Shown in pieces: positions 42,141 through 52,054 of a DNA stretch of 64,000 nt; the first letter of the stretch is position 1, and each line of letters opens with the position of its first letter. Made by a program: the position numbers and the translations under genes. Origin of the DNA: Nannocystis bainbridge (GTDB taxonomy: Bacteria > Myxococcota_A > Polyangia > Nannocystales > Nannocystaceae). The stretch covers positions 2,816,001 through 2,880,000 of the forward strand of contig NZ_JAQNDL010000003.1 in assembly GCF_028368995.1 (NCBI RefSeq), written 5' to 3'. The notes below the pieces were generated by a model. It was not told the origin of the DNA and searched no databases. It worked only from the letters and a program-made list of their open reading frames with translations.

Positions 42141-42519
42141 CCTGCCCCGCACGACCGACGACGCGCGAGTCGGAGTTACGCAATGCACCCGGCACGGACA
42201 TGTCTCATGAGACATGTTTATTTCGGGGCACCGACGGCGCGCGCCACACGATCACCCTCTCCTGAAGCACCCTCGCGAGAGCCGGCGCGACGGATACCGT
42301 CATGTCACCCGACATCGAGCCAGCGAGAATTCCATCACGCGAGCGCGGCATGTCGCCGCTCCCGCGAGCCAGACGAATCCGCGGATCGCCCCTGCAGACC
42401 CGAGGATGTCGCGGGTGCCCGCCGTCCGCCGCGCAACACCGATCGCATCGGCGCCCCGACTGGCGGCCACCCCGGGCGCGGCGCCTAGCACCCTCGCGCG
42501 CCCGTGCTAGGCTGCTCGC

Positions 42520-42945
42520 GTGCGCCTGATCCTCAACGTGCTGTGGTTCCTCGTCGCCGGGCTGCCGCTGTTCCTCGGCTACTTCGCCGCCGGTGTGGTC
42601 CTGTGCCTGACGATCATCGGTTTGCCGTTCGGCGTCCAGGCCTTCAAGCTCGCGCTGTTCGCCGCCTGGCCTTTCGGTCGCGTCGTCGTCAGCATCCCGG
42701 GCGACGGCGGCGCCACCTCGGCCGTCGCCAACATCCTCTGGCTCGTCATCGCCGGCTTCTGGCTCGCCGTCGGCCACCTGCTCGCCGGCCTCATCCTCTG
42801 CCTGACGATCATCGGCATCCCGTTCGGCATCGCTTGCATGAAGCTCGCCGGGCTCGCGCTGACGCCGTTCGGCAAGTCCGTCCTCACTGTCGAGGAAGAG
42901 CGCCGGCTGCACCGGCCGCACCGGGTCATCGTTCCGGCCCTTTGA
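42520..42945 (+). CDS. yccF: YccF domain inner membrane protein
   Basis: Duplicated N(V/I)LW...CLTIIG(L/I)PFG...PFG motif. Confidence 0.92.
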   Translation: MRLILNVLWFLVAGLPLFLGYFAAGVVLCLTIIGLPFGVQAFKLALFAAWPFGRVVVSIPGDGGATSAVANILWLVIAGFWLAVGHLLAGLILCLTIIGIPFGIACMKLAGLALTPFGKSVLTVEEERRLHRPHRVIVPAL

Positions 42946-42984
42946 CGCTTGACGGCTTCGGCGAGCCCGGCGAGGCTCGCCGCC

Positions 42985-43632
42985 ATGTCGAACAGTCCCC
43001 GCACGTTCTATTACGGGTCCGGCTCGCCTTACGCGTGGAAGGTCTGGCTGGCGCTCGAGTTCAAGCAACTGCCCTACGAGTTCAAGCTGCTGTCGTTCGA
43101 CAAGGGCGACACGCGGTCCCCCGAGTTCCTGGCCCTCAACCCGCGCGGCAAGGTCCCCGTGCTGGTCGACGAGGGCCACGCCTTCTCCGAGTCGGGGGCG
43201 ATCGTCGAATACCTCGAGGACAGGTACCCCGAGCGGCCCTTGCTCGCGCGCGACCCGGTCACCCGCGCCCGGGCGCGACGGATCTCCCTCGAGGTCGACA
43301 ACTACTTCAACGCCGCCACCCGGCCGCTCGCCCTGATGGTCTTCGGCCGCGAGCAGGCCACCCCCGAGTCGCTGGCCGCCGCGCGTGATGGCGTCGTCGC
43401 CGAGCTGCGACGCTTCTCCGACACCCTCGGCGACCGCGACTACTTCGCCGGCGACCTCGGCCTCGCCGACTTCGCTTTCTACCCGCACTACCGGCTGGTG
43501 CAGCGCTTCGACACCCGCCTGCCCGACCTTCGCCTCGGCGACCTGCTGCCGGCCAACCTGCGCGCCTGGCAGGAGCGCCTGGTCGCCCTGCCCTACCACG
43601 ATCGCACGATCCCGCCGCACTGGAAGGCGTGA
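42985..43632 (+). CDS. Glutathione S-transferase
   Basis: SPYAWKV, LNPRGKVPVL, ESGAIVEYL and LAD. Confidence 0.93.
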   Translation: MSNSPRTFYYGSGSPYAWKVWLALEFKQLPYEFKLLSFDKGDTRSPEFLALNPRGKVPVLVDEGHAFSESGAIVEYLEDRYPERPLLARDPVTRARARRISLEVDNYFNAATRPLALMVFGREQATPESLAAARDGVVAELRRFSDTLGDRDYFAGDLGLADFAFYPHYRLVQRFDTRLPDLRLGDLLPANLRAWQERLVALPYHDRTIPPHWKA

Positions 43633-43754
43633 CAGCGACGCTCCTGGGCTCGATACGTTTCGATGGGCCGCGACGGAATCATCCGTCGCGCGCTTGCGAC
43701 GAGGGCTCGCTCCCCGGTCGCTCGTCCGACGCGACGAGCGCCGTTCGTCGCGCG

Positions 43755-44192
43755 CTACTCGATCTTCTCGCCGTGCGCCCGCACCAGCCGGATCTCCAGC
43801 GGCGCCGGCGCTTTCAAGTCGATCGGCACCGGCTGCTCCGTCTTGAATTGCAGCCGGTCATCGACGTCGCGCAAGCTGGCGCGCACCCCGTATTGAACGT
43901 TCGGCTCGATCTTCGCGCCCTCGATCGTCAGCCGGAAAGGGATCGGCACCCGCGACGCCGTGAACTTGTCGCCCGCGATCGCCCCCAGCCGCGCCTCTGC
44001 GTGACGCATGTCGACCACCTCGACGTGCAGCATCGACCCCGGCGTCACCGCGATGCGCTCGAGGTAGGACGCCTGCCCCTCCAGCGTCACCGAAGATGCC
44101 GGCGAGCTCGTACTGCCGGTCTTGTCGGCGCTCTGGCAAGCGGCCAGCGGCAGGGTCAGGGCGGCGCACACGGACAGGCACATTCGGCGCAT
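43755..44192 (-). CDS. YbaY/YscW family lipoprotein
   Basis: LAAC lipobox; YLERIA, VPIPFRL and YGVRA. Confidence 0.85.
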   Translation of the reverse strand: MRRMCLSVCAALTLPLAACQSADKTGSTSSPASSVTLEGQASYLERIAVTPGSMLHVEVVDMRHAEARLGAIAGDKFTASRVPIPFRLTIEGAKIEPNVQYGVRASLRDVDDRLQFKTEQPVPIDLKAPAPLEIRLVRAHGEKIE

Positions 44193-44711
44193 CGAGCTCT
44201 CCTCGCACACGTTGAATCGAATCGCGCGACATCATGGCCGACCTGCGGAGCCGGCCGGCCTGCTCCGCGTATATGCGCGGCTGTGTGCGACCCGATCGGC
44301 CAATCATCACACCCGCGCTCGCGCCGCGATGACGCGCCCCGCCAATGCGCAGGGACCGCGCGAATCGAGCGGACGAGCGACGAACTCGTCGCCGCGCCGC
44401 GCTCGCCATCCTCGTCCTCATGATCAGCGTCGGCGTGATCGGACCGTCGCCCACCGGCGCCGTGGCCGCTCGCTTGCCCACACTCGACCACGCGGGCACC
44501 CCCGACTGCCCCCGCGCGTGACTGCTCGCGCTCCGGCCCACGCCCCGGTCCGCACACGTCGACGCGAACCATGCGACGCGGCCCGATCGCCATCCCTCCG
44601 CGCTGACCGGCGCGGGCGATCTCGATCGGCGTCGTCTGCTTCACCATCACGGCACCGCCTCGTCGCCTGCCGTTCGACCCTCGCGCACCGGCGATCCGTT
44701 ACGCTCGAGCG

Positions 44712-46586
44712 ATGCACCGCTCCTTGAACGTATTCGGCGACGCGCGCCTCGTCGTCGCCCTCGCCTCGCTCGGCCTGGCCGCCTGCGGCGACGACGGCAC
44801 CGCCACTGATAGCGCCACCAACGCCACGACCTCCGGTCTCACCGCCACCGACGGCACCGCCACCACCACGCCGGACACGCCCACTGGCACCGCCTCGACC
44901 ACGCAGGACGGTTCCGGCTCAATGAGCGACACCGTCAGCCCGACCGAGCCGACCACCACCGATCCGACCGCGACCGGCGTCAGCGAGACCACCGACACCA
45001 GCGGCCCCGTCAGCGCCACCGACACCACCGCGACCACCGGCGAGACCTGTCAGAGCGCCGAGTGTTGCGACATGGGCGAGGTCTTCTGCGGCGAGGTCTG
45101 CTGCAGCGTCGGCGAGGTCTGCAACTTCACCAAGTGTGAGCTGCCCGGCGCCGAATGCAAGGAGACTGCCGATTGTGCGGACGACCAGTACTGTGATTAC
45201 TCGCTCGGCGAGCCTGACGTGAAGCCCCCCGATCCGCTGTGCATGGGCGGCGTCGCCGAGCCGACCGGCAAGTGCCTCACCCAGCCGCCCCTGTGCGGCC
45301 CCAACGATCCGCCGCAAGATCCCAACGACCCCGAGTGCCTGCAGAGCTGCGAATATACGATCGGCGGCGGCGAGTTCAACACCACCCTCAAGTTCGCCTG
45401 GGGCGGCGTCGTCGACCCGCCCTACGACAGCGACATCATGATGACCCCGATCGTCGTCCAGCTCGACGACGACGACTGCGACGGCAAGATCAGCGAGCGC
45501 GACATCCCCGAGATCGTGTTCTCCACCTTCGTCAGCGGCCAGTACCCCACCAACGGCTCGCTGCACGCCATCTCGATCGAGGAGGGCGTCGTCGTCGAAA
45601 AGTGGAACGTGCTCGCCGGCGCCATCAACCCGACCAAGCAGCTCGCCGGCGGCAACTTCGACGGTCAGCCCGGCAACGAGGTCGTCGCCTGCGGCAGGAA
45701 CGGCGAGGTGTTCGCCGTCAAGGGCGAGGACGGCACGCCGCTGTGGACCGTCAATCAGACCTGCTTCATGCCGGCGATCGCCGACCTCGAGGGTGACGGC
45801 AGCGTCGAGGTCATCGTCGAGGGCGCGATCCTCGACGGCGCCACCGGGGCGGTCAAGGCCACCTTCGACCCGCCGCTCAACAGCTCCTTCATCGTCAGCG
45901 ACCTCGACGACGACGGCATCCTCGACATCATCACCTCGAGCCGCGGTTACCACGCCGACGGCAGCATGTTCGTCGACACCCAGCTGGCCGCGACCGGCCA
46001 GTTTTATGCCACCCAGGACTGGAAGAGCCCGTGGCCGGCCATCGCCGACTTCGACGCTGACGGCGTGCCCGAGGTCGTCGTCATCGACAACCTCGCCCAC
46101 GCCCTCTCGGTCTGGCGCCACGACCCGAACGCCCCCGCCGGGTTCGTCGTCGTGCGCGGCCCCGTCGACATCAACGGCAGCCTCAACCCCACCCTGTGCC
46201 CGCAGGGCTCGTGGGGCCGCACCCACGGCGGCGGCCCGCCGACCGTCGCCGACTTCGACGGCGACGGCGTCCCCGACGTCGGCACCGCCGGCGGCATCGG
46301 CTACGCCGTGTTCAGCGGCGCCGCGCTCGTCGACCCCGCCGTGGCCGGCCCGGACACCCTGCTGTGGATCAAGCAGACCGCCGATTGTTCGTCGGCCTCG
46401 ACCGGCAGCTCGGTGTTCGACTTCGACGGCGACGGCAAGGCCGAGGTCGTCTACTCCGACCAGAACCGCCTGCGGATCTACGAGGGCCCGACCGGCGACG
46501 TCCTGCTCGAGCGCTGCAACACCACCGCGACCCTGATCGAGTACCCCGTGATCGCCGACGTCGACAATGACGGCTACATGGTCTAA
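44712..46586 (+). pseudogene. FG-GAP/VCBS repeat lipoprotein, 3'-truncated by element insertion
   Basis: LAAC lipobox and many AD.DGDG repeats. The ORF ends IEYPVIADVDNDG-YMV* in mid-repeat, exactly where GC content drops, about 110 bp before an integrase. Confidence 0.75.
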
Positions 46587-46696
46587 AATAGCTATTAGTG
46601 CTCGAATTCGAGATATTGTGTACTTTCGGACATGCTCCAGCGCGACCTTGATCTGGGTCGTTTTTGGTTCGATATCGGTGGGGGACGGAAATCGAG

Positions 46697-47950
46697 ATGC
46701 TCACGAATGCTCAGACACGAGAGGCGAAGTCGCGCGCGATCCGATATGAGATCACCTGTGATGCACTGCCAGGATTCATCCTGCGGGTGCTCCCCACTGG
46801 CAAGAAGGTGTTTTTCGCCAGGTACCGTGATGCTGGCGGAAAGGACAGGCGGGTAAGGCTTGGACTGATGCGGCCGGGGTTCGGTGCTGAGGAAGCGCGC
46901 CGAGAAGCGATGATCATCCTCGCGCGACGTGACGCGCCGGAGAGCGTCGACGCGCCCGCTACGCCAAGCACCCCGATCGAAGACGCGCCCTCGCTCGGAT
47001 CGAAGTCGCCCACGCTCGCCGAGTTCGCCTTGCGCTTTGAACAGGAACATATCGACATGCGCTTAAAGCCAGAAACGGCCTGGCACTACAAGTCGTCGCT
47101 CAAGAAATACATCCTCCCCAAGCTCGGCCACCGACGGCTGGACGACATCACCACCGGTGACGTGAACAAGCTCCATACCAGCATGAAGCCGACACCGTGC
47201 GCGGCGAACTACATGCGCTGCGTGCTGAACGCGTTGTTCAACAAGGCGGCCAAGTGGGGAGTGACCAAACAGCGCAATCCGGTCGCAGATGTCGAGCGCT
47301 TCGACGAGCGGTCCGTCGAGCGCTTCCTGTTGCCCGAGGAGCGCGAGGCGCTCGAGCGCGTGCTGGCGACGGCCGAGCGCACGCCGCCCGGCAGACACGG
47401 ACACATCGGACGCGAGGCGATCGCCGCGGTGCGGCTACTCGCGCTCACCGGCATGCGTCGCGATGAGGTCCGGGACCTCCGGTGGGAGCAGGTGGACTGG
47501 CGTCAGAAGATGCTCCGGCTCCCGGACTCGAAGACCGGCAAGCGCGACGTGGTGGTGTCGGACGAGGTCATGGAGCTGCTTGGGCGGATCGCCCAGGCCA
47601 AGGGCAACCCGCGGCGCGGGCTCGTCATTTGCTCACGCAACGGCAAGAAGCTCAAGAGCCTCCAGTCGACGTGGCTCAAGGTCCGCAAGCTGGCCGGTCT
47701 CGAGGATGTGCGCCTGCACGACCTCCGGCACTCGTTCGCCAGCGACGCGATCATGGACGGCACGCCGCTCGAGGTCGTCGGTAAGATGCTCGGCCACCGC
47801 AACTACCGCACGACGCAGCGCTACGCCCACATCGCCGACAAGGCGCTGCGCGAGGCGGTGAACCGGACGAGCAAGACGATCGCCCGCGCGGCGAGGGGCA
47901 AGGCGAAGGCCACCAAGCGGCCCGGCCCGGCCTCCCAGAAGCGGCGATAG
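46697..47950 (+). CDS. Tyrosine recombinase/integrase with N-terminal arm-binding domain
   Basis: LPGFILRVLPTGKKVF arm domain; catalytic TGMRRDE, SKTG, HDLRH, LGH and TQRYAH. Confidence 0.95.
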   Translation: MLTNAQTREAKSRAIRYEITCDALPGFILRVLPTGKKVFFARYRDAGGKDRRVRLGLMRPGFGAEEARREAMIILARRDAPESVDAPATPSTPIEDAPSLGSKSPTLAEFALRFEQEHIDMRLKPETAWHYKSSLKKYILPKLGHRRLDDITTGDVNKLHTSMKPTPCAANYMRCVLNALFNKAAKWGVTKQRNPVADVERFDERSVERFLLPEEREALERVLATAERTPPGRHGHIGREAIAAVRLLALTGMRRDEVRDLRWEQVDWRQKMLRLPDSKTGKRDVVVSDEVMELLGRIAQAKGNPRRGLVICSRNGKKLKSLQSTWLKVRKLAGLEDVRLHDLRHSFASDAIMDGTPLEVVGKMLGHRNYRTTQRYAHIADKALREAVNRTSKTIARAARGKAKATKRPGPASQKRR

Positions 47951-48167
47951 TGCCCGGCCGGTGCGGTGGGGCGGGTCTCCGTGTGCTGCGCGCGGCCAAG
48001 GGAACGCGCCTGACCAACTCGTCCGTAGCCCATACGGGTCCGCCAGGTATTTGAGTAGGCATCCAAGCGCATCGTCGACCCAGGGGCCCGTCGTCTTGGC
48101 GCTGCCGGCACGGGCCGCGCGGGCCGGAGCGCCTTCGATGCGTGGGGTCCGTGGCGGTGATCGGCAG

Positions 48168-49073
48168 TTACGATCGGTCGCGCGCTTGCACGACGAGGGC
48201 GGCAGCGCCAGCACCCGCAGCAAAGCACGAGATACCGAACAGGATTTTGCGGCCGAGGCTCCAGTCCTTCCGGGCGGTGAGCTCGGCAAGCTCGGCCCGA
48301 TCGCGCATGTGAAGCTGCACGAGCTCCTGGTTCTCTTGTGCTAGCCGGTCCAGCTCGGACTGATCTTCCGCGCGGAGGCGCTCGAGCGACGTGTTCGAGC
48401 CACGGAGCCTGGCGAGCTCAGCGGCGTCGTCCGCGATCCGCTTCTCCAACGCGACATTATGTTCGTGGAGCTCTGTGATACGCGCGGTCAACTCCGCCAC
48501 CGCGGCCTTGACCTCTACGTTCGCCGCGCGCTCCGCGTCGGCCGCCGACTTCGCGGACGACGGGTTCGGGACGGCTCGAAGGTGCCGCACCTTCGCCTCC
48601 TGCTTCATGGCCTCCACGTCCTCAAGCCCGACTGCGATGGCCTCTTCAACGTCCTCGTCCATGAATTTGACGAACAAAAATTCTTGCTCGGCGCCCAGCG
48701 CGACCACGAGGCGGTCGAAGGTGGCGAGCGTGGGGTTCGGCTCGGGATCGTTGAGCAGGCTGCTGAGCTGAGAGCGGTTAATCCCGGAGACCTTGGCGAG
48801 CGCTGACACCGTCTGGATCTGCTCGCGCTCGATGATCTCCTTGAGCCGCCCGATGATCGCCGTCGGCTCGTTGAGCTCGAGGCCGTGGAAGCGGGCGCCG
48901 GCTTTTTGGACGAGCTCAAGGTAGAGCGCCAACTTCGGGTTTGGTTCAGGTTGGTCGAACAACGCGAGCACGTGCGCGGAGCTGTGCTCTGAGCGCTCCG
49001 CGAGCTCTTGTTTCGTCATGCCTGACCGCCGTAGCCATGCCTCCAATTCCCCGAACCAGCGACGCGTACCCAT
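48168..49073 (-). CDS. Double XRE-HTH protein with coiled coil and C-terminal TM helix
   Basis: MTKQELAERS..PNPKL and TVSALAKVSGINRSQLS..PNPTL; coiled coil; KILFGISCFAAGAGAAALVV. Confidence 0.75.
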   Translation of the reverse strand: MGTRRWFGELEAWLRRSGMTKQELAERSEHSSAHVLALFDQPEPNPKLALYLELVQKAGARFHGLELNEPTAIIGRLKEIIEREQIQTVSALAKVSGINRSQLSSLLNDPEPNPTLATFDRLVVALGAEQEFLFVKFMDEDVEEAIAVGLEDVEAMKQEAKVRHLRAVPNPSSAKSAADAERAANVEVKAAVAELTARITELHEHNVALEKRIADDAAELARLRGSNTSLERLRAEDQSELDRLAQENQELVQLHMRDRAELAELTARKDWSLGRKILFGISCFAAGAGAAALVVQARDRS

Positions 49074-49369
49074 GGTAACCCATCGTAGGGTAGGCAGTGT
49101 GGCGGTCAAGGGTCATGTTGCTCCGCGCGATCCAACACCATTGCCCCAGCCTGCGCGCGGAATATTGCTCGCGGCGAGTCGTTGTCGCTCGGCGCGATCG
49201 TGGGGCCGTGGGTGTTGCTCCCGGCGAGGCGGTGTCGCTCCGCGCTGCCGGTGTTGCTCCGCCGCGAGCCCGCGGCCGTTGGTGTTGCTGCTGGCGAGAC
49301 GTTGTCGCTCAGCGCGATCGCGGCCCCGGGACGATCAACGGCTCCGCCGCCGACCGCCTCGCGCTCGCG

Positions 49370-49750
49370 GCGAGCAACAGGTCGAGCGTCGACCAACTGC
49401 TCCGCGTTGTTGACCGCCGCGCTCGCGGGCGAGCAACAGGTCGAGCGTCGACCAACTGCTCCGCGTTGTTGACCGCCGCGCTCGCGGGCGAGCAACAGGT
49501 CGAGCGTCGACCAACTGCTCCGCGTTGTTGACCGCCGCGCTCGCGGGCGAGCAACAGGTCGAGCGTCGACCAACTGCTCCGCGTTGTTGACCGCCGCGCT
49601 CGCGGGCGAGCAACAGGTCGAGCGTCGACCAACTGCTCCGCGTTGTTGACCGCCGCGCTCGCGGGCGAGCAACAGGTCGAGCGTCGACCAACTGCTCCGC
49701 GTTGTTGACCGCCGCGCTCGCGGGCGAGCAACAGGCCGCGCGTCGACCAA
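49370..49750 (+). repeat. Perfect 59-bp tandem repeat, six copies plus a diverged seventh
   Basis: Unit gcgagcaacaggtcgagcgtcgaccaactgctccgcgttgttgaccgccgcgctcgcgg at 49370, 49429, 49488, 49547, 49606 and 49665; partial at 49724. Confidence 0.95.
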
Positions 49751-50182
49751 CAGCTCTCCGCCGCCGATCGCCCTGCACTCGCGGGGAGCAACAAATCGCG
49801 CGTCGCGCCCCAGCTCCGCGCCGCCGACCGCCGGCCGCACCAACCTCGCCCTCGGCGGCTTCATCCTCGGCGGCTTCTCGCTCGGCATCACCGCCTTCGG
49901 CGCCCTGCTCGCCCCGCTCATCATGTTGGCCGGCATCACGCTCGGCGTCGTCGGGGCCGCCACCCTCTTCCTCGCCGCCGCCCGCCTCGGCCAGGGCCGC
50001 AAGCGGGCCCGCACCGTCGCGGCGAACAACAGGCCGCGCGTCGACTAACCGCTCCGCCGCCGACCGCTGCGCCGCCGACCGCCCCGCGCTCGCGGCGAAG
50101 CAACAGGCCGCGCGTCGCTGCGGCAGGCCACCGCGGCCCGCGAGGCCCTGTCCCGCGGGACATTGCCGCGAGTTCGCGCCGA

Positions 50183-50220
50183 TTGCGACGAAGGACATGT
50201 GCCTCATGTCCTTCGCGCAA
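50183..50220 (-). terminator. Hairpin downstream of the 50278-50934 gene
   Basis: ttgcg(a)cgaaggacatg-tgcct-catgtccttcgcgcaa inverted repeat. Confidence 0.5.
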
Positions 50221-50277
50221 TTCATGGGAGCGACCGCGGGGCGGACCGGCGGCGGTCCGCCCGCGGAGGCGCGCGGC

Positions 50278-50934
50278 TCAGGGCAGCGCGCCGTCGGCGA
50301 TCCACTGCTCGAGCAGCTCGATCGTCGCGCCGTCGAGCGGGGACCCGCCCAACGGCATCTGCGCCGGGTTGCCGTTGAAGGGCGCCTCGCCGGAGGTCCC
50401 GTTGACCTTGGCCAGGAAGTACGAGGCGTTGGGGTCGCCCGCGGTGACGCGATCGAAGCCGGCGGCCTGGGTCGAGGCGACGCCGATGATGTTGGCGTAG
50501 GAGTCCTGTGCGTTGGTGAACGTCAGCCCGCCGGAGCCCTGCTGGTGGCAGCCGCAATTGCCCTCGACGACCTGCGGGTACACGTCGGTCTCCCAGCTCA
50601 GCCCCGCCCCGGTGGTGGTCGTGGTGGTGTCGGGCTCGGTGGTCGTGTCCGGATCGGTGGTCGTGTCCGGCTCGGTGGTCGTGTCCGGCCCGGTCGTCGT
50701 CGTCGTGCCCGGCGTCGTGTCGTCGGTCGTCGACACGGTGGTGGTCGGCGTGACGGTCGTCGTGTCGTCGGTCGTCGTGTCGGTGCCATCGGTCGCCGTC
50801 GTGTCGACGGTAGTGGGCATCTCGGGCCCCGAAGTCGTCTCGGTTGCGTTCGCTGTTCCGTCATCAAAGTCCGGAGGATTGAAAAAACATCCCGCGACGA
50901 CCCAGGACATCACAGTCAGCGTTATCGGACGCAT
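50278..50934 (-). CDS. Lipoprotein with Thr-rich linker and cytochrome c-like C-terminal domain
   Basis: VAGC lipobox; NCGCH, GDPNASY, QMP and IELLEQWIADGA. Confidence 0.75.
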   Translation of the reverse strand: MRPITLTVMSWVVAGCFFNPPDFDDGTANATETTSGPEMPTTVDTTATDGTDTTTDDTTTVTPTTTVSTTDDTTPGTTTTTGPDTTTEPDTTTDPDTTTEPDTTTTTTGAGLSWETDVYPQVVEGNCGCHQQGSGGLTFTNAQDSYANIIGVASTQAAGFDRVTAGDPNASYFLAKVNGTSGEAPFNGNPAQMPLGGSPLDGATIELLEQWIADGALP

Positions 50935-52054
50935 TGCTAATTACCATTCCCCAGCAGACGGTTCATGAGACCAGCGCCATCAAACCGAGGACTCTCGCAA
51001 CGAGGCAGGCGAGGTTTATGACGATCAATACTCGTTTCAGCTCCGCCGTCCACTGAGCTCCGGTCGCAAATCGAGGGTTGTGTCGTGCGGCGGAGGCAGA
51101 GCCGAGACAGGCGAACTGGCGGGCACGAAGGCGGCCGAACGCAAGACCGCGTTGCGGTCCTCCTGCGGCGACTTCGGTGAGCGTGGCCCGGAGCGAGATG
51201 CGAACGTATCGGTCACCGGTAGCCGCACGAGAATACACGCGGACAAGGGCCTATGTCCATCGATTATGCCCGCGAATGCGCGGACCCGAGCGCCTTCCGG
51301 CAACACAAGGGCGGCAAGATGTCCCCGGCCTCCGGACTGTGGCGGACCTTGCGCGGTGCGAGCGCGCGTCCCGCGAGGCGCGCGAGCCTGCTCCAACAGA
51401 ACCCGGGCCGGCGGTGAGCGCGAGGGTGTTGCTCCCAGCGAGCCGCCGCGAGCGCGCGACCGTCGGTGTTCCTCCCGGCGAGGCGTTGTCGCTCGGCACC
51501 GCCGAGTCGCTGAGCTGCGAGCGCGCGGTCGTCGCTGTTGCTCTTGGCAGGACATTGTCGCTCGGCGCGATGTAGTGCCGTCGGTGTTGCTCCCGGCGAG
51601 CCGCTGCACTCATCATCGTTCTCGTCGTTCTTGTCCTGTGGAGCTTGCTCCGCCGGGCTCCGACCCAGAGCGCCACTCGCGCTCACGCCTGGCCGCCATC
51701 GCCGAAGCCCGCGCACAGCCATCTGGTCGTGCGCGGGCTTGAAGTTGTGCTGCTTAATCATGATGAGCGACAGCGCCAGGAGCAACACCGACGGCCGCGC
51801 GATCATGCCGAGCGTTGGGAGAGGCACCGGCGGCCGCGGTCGTGCTGAGCGACAGCGATTCGCCGGGAGAACACCGCGGCGGCGAGGATCACGGTGAGCG
51901 ACAACGGCTGACCGGAGCGACGGCCGCGCGCTCGCGGCGGAGCGACAGCGGCTCGCCGCAAGCAACACCGATGGCACCGCCTCGTGCAAGACGACACACC
52001 ACGCTCGCGGAGCGGCGGCCGCGCGGGCAGGCCCCATCTCGAATCAGCGCCGAA

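Noticed and set aside
46587-46696. tRNA or tmRNA as the integration target
   Set aside because: No cloverleaf, T-loop motif or CCA end is recognisable; the junction lies inside a CDS.
49370-49750. CRISPR array
   Set aside because: Units are identical end to end with no unique spacers, and there are no cas genes in the window.
49106-50225. ORFs with repeated peptides across the 59-bp array
   Set aside because: The same three peptides cycle through all frames because 59 is not a multiple of 3; this is a translation artefact.
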